NCBI GenBank assembly: GCA_044376115.1
Contig: JBILLK010000014.1
Coordinates: 32,001 to 96,000 of the forward strand
Direction of reading: 5' to 3'
DNA length: 64,000 nucleotides
DNA from: Polyangiaceae bacterium
Lineage (GTDB): Bacteria > Myxococcota_A > Polyangia > Polyangiales > Polyangiaceae
Program-made: the position numbers and the translations under genes
Notes under the pieces: model-generated
What the model was told of the DNA's origin: nothing
Seen by the model: the letters and a program-made list of their open reading frames with translations, nothing else
The model's database searches: none
In this document: in pieces, positions 59,990 to 64,000 of the stretch
Position numbering within the stretch: position 1 is the stretch's first letter
Layout: the number at the start of each line of letters is the position of its first letter

Positions 59990-60780
59990 GATACACAACC
60001 GCCTCGCTCGTCGCACTCTGTGGTGCCCTTGCAACCATCGCGCTGCCCACGGCCGCAGCGGCAGCGCCGCCGCCGCCCGCCGACGCCACCACCTTAGCGA
60101 ACGATGCGTTCGCCAAATACGAGGCCGGTGACTACGCCCAGGCCGTTGCGCTCTACATGCAGGCGTACGAGAAGTCAGTCGACGCTCGGATCCTGTTCAA
60201 TGTCGCTCAGATCTACGACAAGAAGGTTCAGGATCGAGACTTGGCAGTCGAGTACTACCGTCGCTACCTCAAGTCGACGACCACCGAAGCTGAGCTCGTT
60301 GCGACCTCGACGTCACGAATCACCGAGCTGCTACGCCAGCAAAATCAAATCGAGCCCCCTGCTCCCAAGCCCGCGCAACCGCCGACGCCAGTCGCGCCGG
60401 TTCCCGATCCCAAGCCAGCCGTTCAACCGGCGCCCGCGGTTGAAGCCGAGAGTCCGCCCTTCTTCATTGGCTGGATTGTCACGGGTGGCTTGTCTGCCGC
60501 AGCGTTAGTGACCGGCATTCTCGCGCTCGATGCATCCGGAGAGTTGTCCGCTGAAAGCTACAGCGGAGAGCCCAGCGAAGAAGCCAAGAGCCTAGAGTCC
60601 AGAACGCAGGTGCTCGCGGGGGTAACCGATGCGTTGATTGCCGGTGCTTTGGTCTCGGGCGCCGTCACCTTGATTTTGCAGCTCACGTACTCGCCGGATA
60701 GCCAGCCGGAAAAGGCTGTCTGGTTATCGCCGGCCGTGAGCCCCGACTTCGCAGGTGCAGTGCTCGGAGGAGCGTTTTGA
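59986..60780 (+). CDS. Secreted TPR protein with hydrophobic C-terminal region
   Basis: Signal peptide, TPR (GDYAQAVALYMQAY...LFNVAQ...AVEYYRRYL), terminal GGAF; ATGA overlap with the kinase. Confidence 0.8.
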   Translation: MRYTTASLVALCGALATIALPTAAAAAPPPPADATTLANDAFAKYEAGDYAQAVALYMQAYEKSVDARILFNVAQIYDKKVQDRDLAVEYYRRYLKSTTTEAELVATSTSRITELLRQQNQIEPPAPKPAQPPTPVAPVPDPKPAVQPAPAVEAESPPFFIGWIVTGGLSAAALVTGILALDASGELSAESYSGEPSEEAKSLESRTQVLAGVTDALIAGALVSGAVTLILQLTYSPDSQPEKAVWLSPAVSPDFAGAVLGGAF

Positions 60781-60781
60781 A

Positions 60782-62221
60782 ATGAGTGCCCACAAACTTC
60801 AACTCAAGCTTGCTTCCGTCACTCTTACTGGGCTGCTCGCGGCCTGCTCTCTCGTCGCAGACTCCGAACTCAAAAGCGGAGTGGGCGAAGGTTGTGTGGA
60901 GGCAGCGGAGTGCCAAGGTGAAGCAGCGGACTGCGTGGAAGGTCGCTGTGTACTTGCGTGTAGCGCTGCAGACGAGTGTCCAGCTGGGACGAGCTGCGCT
61001 GCCGAGGTCTGCGACATTTCCTTTAAAGTTGGCTTCGTTTACGACGGAAACCCAGTCAGTTCGGGGTTCTCACGAGCCCATGATGAAGGACGGTTGGCAG
61101 CCAAGGACGCTGTTCCTTGGCTGGACTTTGCGCTGGTTGCACAAGACATTCAGAAGGACCAAGAAGCCACGGCCATGGATCAACTCATTGCCGATGGCGC
61201 CGAGGTGATCTTCGTAACAACGACCCGCTTCAGCAGCGTTGCGCAAGAGCGTGCAGCAGCCAACCCGAACGTCCGCTTCTTGAATTTCGGTGTCCCGAGT
61301 TGGGATGGCGGGAACTTCTCTGGCTACGTCCCGCGCTATCACCAAGCTTGGTATCTATCCGGAGTAGCGCTCGCCTCCTTCGCGGCCTCGCTACCAGCGA
61401 GTGACACCAAACGCCACAACTTTGGCTTCATCGGAGCGCTGCCCGTTCCGGAGGTTATCGCGCAGCTCAACGCCTTTACGTTGGGCGCACGCTCGGTGGA
61501 TCCGGAAGCGAAAGTCGACGTGGTCTGGCTCGGTGGCTTCGTGCCTGCTGACGGGCAAGCGGAGGCGGCTGTCGACTATCTGCTCGAGGACGGCAACCGC
61601 TTCCTGGTCAACCGCATTGGCGCGCGTAACACCGCCGTAATCAACAAGCTTGAAGAGTTCAACAAGGCGAACGGCGACGATGAGACTTACGTCGCGGTTC
61701 TGGACAATGCTGACTGCACAAACCGTGGGGACTTTTGCCTTGGCGGTCCGACCTGGAACTGGGGCCCGCTCTACACGCGAATCGTGCAGGAGATTCAGCA
61801 CGGCACCTTCGACTCGGCGCTGCCCATTCGCGACTCGATCCAGAGCGACCCCAAGAGCAGCGTGGTCAACCTAACGCTGAACCCAGCACAGCAGGCATTC
61901 TCCGGAACGCTTCGCGATCAGCTTTCCCAAACCATCCAGAACCTCACGGAAGGTGGAGACAACACCTTTGCACCCAAGGGCTCACTCACGGTTTGCCCCA
62001 CGGATCCCGAGCAGCGCCCCGAAGGCTGCGTCAAGACGCGGGTCGAGGACGATGAGCTCAGCTCGATGTGCTGGCTCGTCGAAGGCGTCGTGCAACGAAA
62101 GGATCCGAATGCGCCCTTCGACGCGGCAGATAATCCTCTCGTCGAAGCCCGAACGCCTGAGGACGTACAATGGCCGCCGAGTAGCTTTGGCGGAACGCCC
62201 ATCTCCCTCAGCTGCAACTAA
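60782..62221 (+). CDS. BMP-family substrate-binding lipoprotein with Cys-rich N-terminal module
   Basis: Lipobox LAAC, Cys-rich segment, KVGFVY.G...FSRAHDEGR, GFIGALPVPEV...NAFTLGA, WNWGPLY. Confidence 0.82.
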   Translation: MSAHKLQLKLASVTLTGLLAACSLVADSELKSGVGEGCVEAAECQGEAADCVEGRCVLACSAADECPAGTSCAAEVCDISFKVGFVYDGNPVSSGFSRAHDEGRLAAKDAVPWLDFALVAQDIQKDQEATAMDQLIADGAEVIFVTTTRFSSVAQERAAANPNVRFLNFGVPSWDGGNFSGYVPRYHQAWYLSGVALASFAASLPASDTKRHNFGFIGALPVPEVIAQLNAFTLGARSVDPEAKVDVVWLGGFVPADGQAEAAVDYLLEDGNRFLVNRIGARNTAVINKLEEFNKANGDDETYVAVLDNADCTNRGDFCLGGPTWNWGPLYTRIVQEIQHGTFDSALPIRDSIQSDPKSSVVNLTLNPAQQAFSGTLRDQLSQTIQNLTEGGDNTFAPKGSLTVCPTDPEQRPEGCVKTRVEDDELSSMCWLVEGVVQRKDPNAPFDAADNPLVEARTPEDVQWPPSSFGGTPISLSCN

Positions 62222-62257
62222 GGGTTGTCGCGTCAGCGACGCAGAAACCGTGGCCGG

Positions 62258-63154
62258 CTAGTACGCGACGACGCGGTTTCTGCCGCTCGATTTTGCCTTG
62301 TAAAGGCGCGCATCGGCCGCGCCCAAAAGGCCTGCCTTGTCAGCAGCCGGGAACTCATTCGAGCAGGCGACGCCAGCGCTTGAAGTCACGCGAATGGGTT
62401 GGCCCTCGAAGTCGACGACGGACGCCTCGACCTCACGACGGAGCCGTTCTGCGACCATCGCGGCTTCCTGCAAGGGGATGCCGCGGAGGACGACGACGAA
62501 CTCTTCCCCACCGTAGCGCGCCACAACATCCTCAGGCCGCATTCCCCCGCCAAACACGCGCGCTACGCTGCGCAGCACAGCGTCACCAGCGAGATGGCCA
62601 AAGGTGTCGTTGACCTTCTTGAAGTGGTCGACGTCGATGATGATCACGCTCAACAAGGTTTGGTGGCGAGCAGCGAAGGCGAGTTCACTCATCAGCCGCT
62701 CTTCCAGGTACTTGCGATTGTAGACTCCGGTGAGCCCGTCTTTGATCGCCGCGTCATACACGCGACGCAGCGCAGCCTCTTCATCGGCGCTCACCAGCGC
62801 GAAGCGCAACATGGTGTGAAGACCAAGTTGGAGACGGTCTCCGTCGCGAAGTATCGCGGTAGTCGGTACGCGCAGGTCGTTGACGAAGGTTCCGTTCGTC
62901 GAGCCACCGTCCTTGAGCGTGTAGTCATTCCCGACGCGCATGACGATCGCGTGCTCCCGTGAAAGGCTCGGGTCCTCGAAGGGGTAGGTGCAGTCAGTCG
63001 ACCGGCCAAAGGTCACCATGCTGCCCTTCGGAATCGGCAAGACGCGGCCGGCATCCAAGCCGCTGGTCACGGTGAAAACGCCGACTCGACTCATGGCGAC
63101 CGGATCGACGTCGACAACGAAGGTCTTGGCGTTGCTATCCGGCGCTTTCGTCAT
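62258..63154 (-). CDS. FHA-GGDEF diguanylate cyclase
   Basis: FGRS...SREH...STNGT FHA; DGLTGVYNR, DVDHFK, RPED I-site, GGEEF. Confidence 0.93.
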   Translation of the reverse strand: MTKAPDSNAKTFVVDVDPVAMSRVGVFTVTSGLDAGRVLPIPKGSMVTFGRSTDCTYPFEDPSLSREHAIVMRVGNDYTLKDGGSTNGTFVNDLRVPTTAILRDGDRLQLGLHTMLRFALVSADEEAALRRVYDAAIKDGLTGVYNRKYLEERLMSELAFAARHQTLLSVIIIDVDHFKKVNDTFGHLAGDAVLRSVARVFGGGMRPEDVVARYGGEEFVVVLRGIPLQEAAMVAERLRREVEASVVDFEGQPIRVTSSAGVACSNEFPAADKAGLLGAADARLYKAKSSGRNRVVAY

Positions 63155-63227
63155 CGTTCTCTCGCTGCTCCCAAACTTCTTTCAGAGTGACGCCATCTTA
63201 AAAAAACCACAAGCGCGACGCGCTCCT

Positions 63228-64000
63228 CTAGTGAAAATCCCGCGACTTTGTCGGTAACTCCCCGCCGTCCAACTCTAGCCGCTCGAGCGAATGAACGAGA
63301 ACGTGGAGCACCTCTCCCTCGCGCTCGAGCAGGCCACGCACGAGCGCCAACTTGGAGAACAGCACCGCGTGCCGAAAGCGCTCGAACACACTGACCGTAA
63401 TGATGAGATTCTGAACGCCCGTCTCATCCTCCAAGGAAACGAAGGTCACTCCGCTGGCGGTCTGAGGTCGCTGCCGCCCCGTGATTAGCCCAGCAATCGT
63501 AACCCGATGCCCATGGGCCAAATGCCGCAGCTCCTCGTGCCGAAACAGCCGCTCGGTACCCAATGAACCACGCCTGCGCAGCTCTTCACGCATATGAAGC
63601 ATTGGGTGATCTTCCACTGAGAGACCCATGCGCCCATAGTCCAGGACGAGTTGCTCCACCTTCCGCAAAGGTGGCAAGTTCGGCAGATCCTTTTGTGTCT
63701 CAAGATCCTGCTCGGCAAAAAGACCGGGTAGCCGAGGAGCGTAGGCGCGCCACATGGCGTGGCGCCGCCCTTGCTCAATGGCCTCGAGAGCGCCGGACTC
63801 TGCCAGCGCGACCAATTCGTTCTTCTTCAGGTCTGCTCGCCGCGCCAACTCCCCGACGCTGCGAAAATCACCATTGGCTCGAGCAGCCTCGATCCGACGC
63901 CCTGCCGCTTCACCGAGGCCAGCGATCTGCCGAAACCCAAGCCGCAAAGCCCATTCATCATAGGAAACCAGGCTGGGCTCCAACGCGTTATCCCAACCAC
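63228..64000 (-). CDS. dnaE2: Error-prone DNA polymerase DnaE2 (C-terminal part, truncated by window edge)
   Basis: LRLGFRQIAGL, RQRPQTASGVTFVSLEDETG, C-terminal SRDFH signature. Confidence 0.92.
   Translation of the reverse strand, partial: GWDNALEPSLVSYDEWALRLGFRQIAGLGEAAGRRIEAARANGDFRSVGELARRADLKKNELVALAESGALEAIEQGRRHAMWRAYAPRLPGLFAEQDLETQKDLPNLPPLRKVEQLVLDYGRMGLSVEDHPMLHMREELRRRGSLGTERLFRHEELRHLAHGHRVTIAGLITGRQRPQTASGVTFVSLEDETGVQNLIITVSVFERFRHAVLFSKLALVRGLLEREGEVLHVLVHSLERLELDGGELPTKSRDFH

Overview
GC-rich window from a myxobacterium, probably Polyangiaceae/Sorangiineae-like. This is inferred from the Cys-rich lipoproteins, Ser/Thr kinases, FHA-sigma54 activators and AgmX/PglI-type domain. 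Left to right it holds: an ABC/HlyD/TolC export operon; a sulfatase/LTA-synthase-like enzyme; a hydrogenase-4-like membrane complex whose large subunit lacks Ni-binding cysteines (Ehr type; hyfE is broken), bracketed by a receiver-like protein and a sensor-less sigma54 activator; an orphan VgrG (T6SS spike) cluster with a frameshifted vgrG, a degenerate ATPase, DUF1795- and DUF2169-type adaptors, and an effector with a GH75/DPBB-like domain, an internal PAAR and a peptidoglycan-binding domain; a pentaheme cytochrome c; metabolic genes (SDRs, bioA, a U32/RlhA hydroxylase next to a chorismate mutase, a GMC oxidoreductase); comEA behind a sigma54 promoter; Cys-rich surface proteins; a Ser/Thr-kinase/FHA signalling cluster; and the 3' end of dnaE2. 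The standout is a gene missing from the ORF track (28609-28947, +), divergent from the cytochrome. It encodes a lipoprotein with an in-frame TGA in a C-x-x-U motif, immediately followed by a SECIS-like hairpin, and then a YHS/TRASH metal-binding domain, so it is a candidate new selenoprotein. No rRNA, tRNA, CRISPR or IS elements were seen. Family calls come from motif recognition only; no searches were run.
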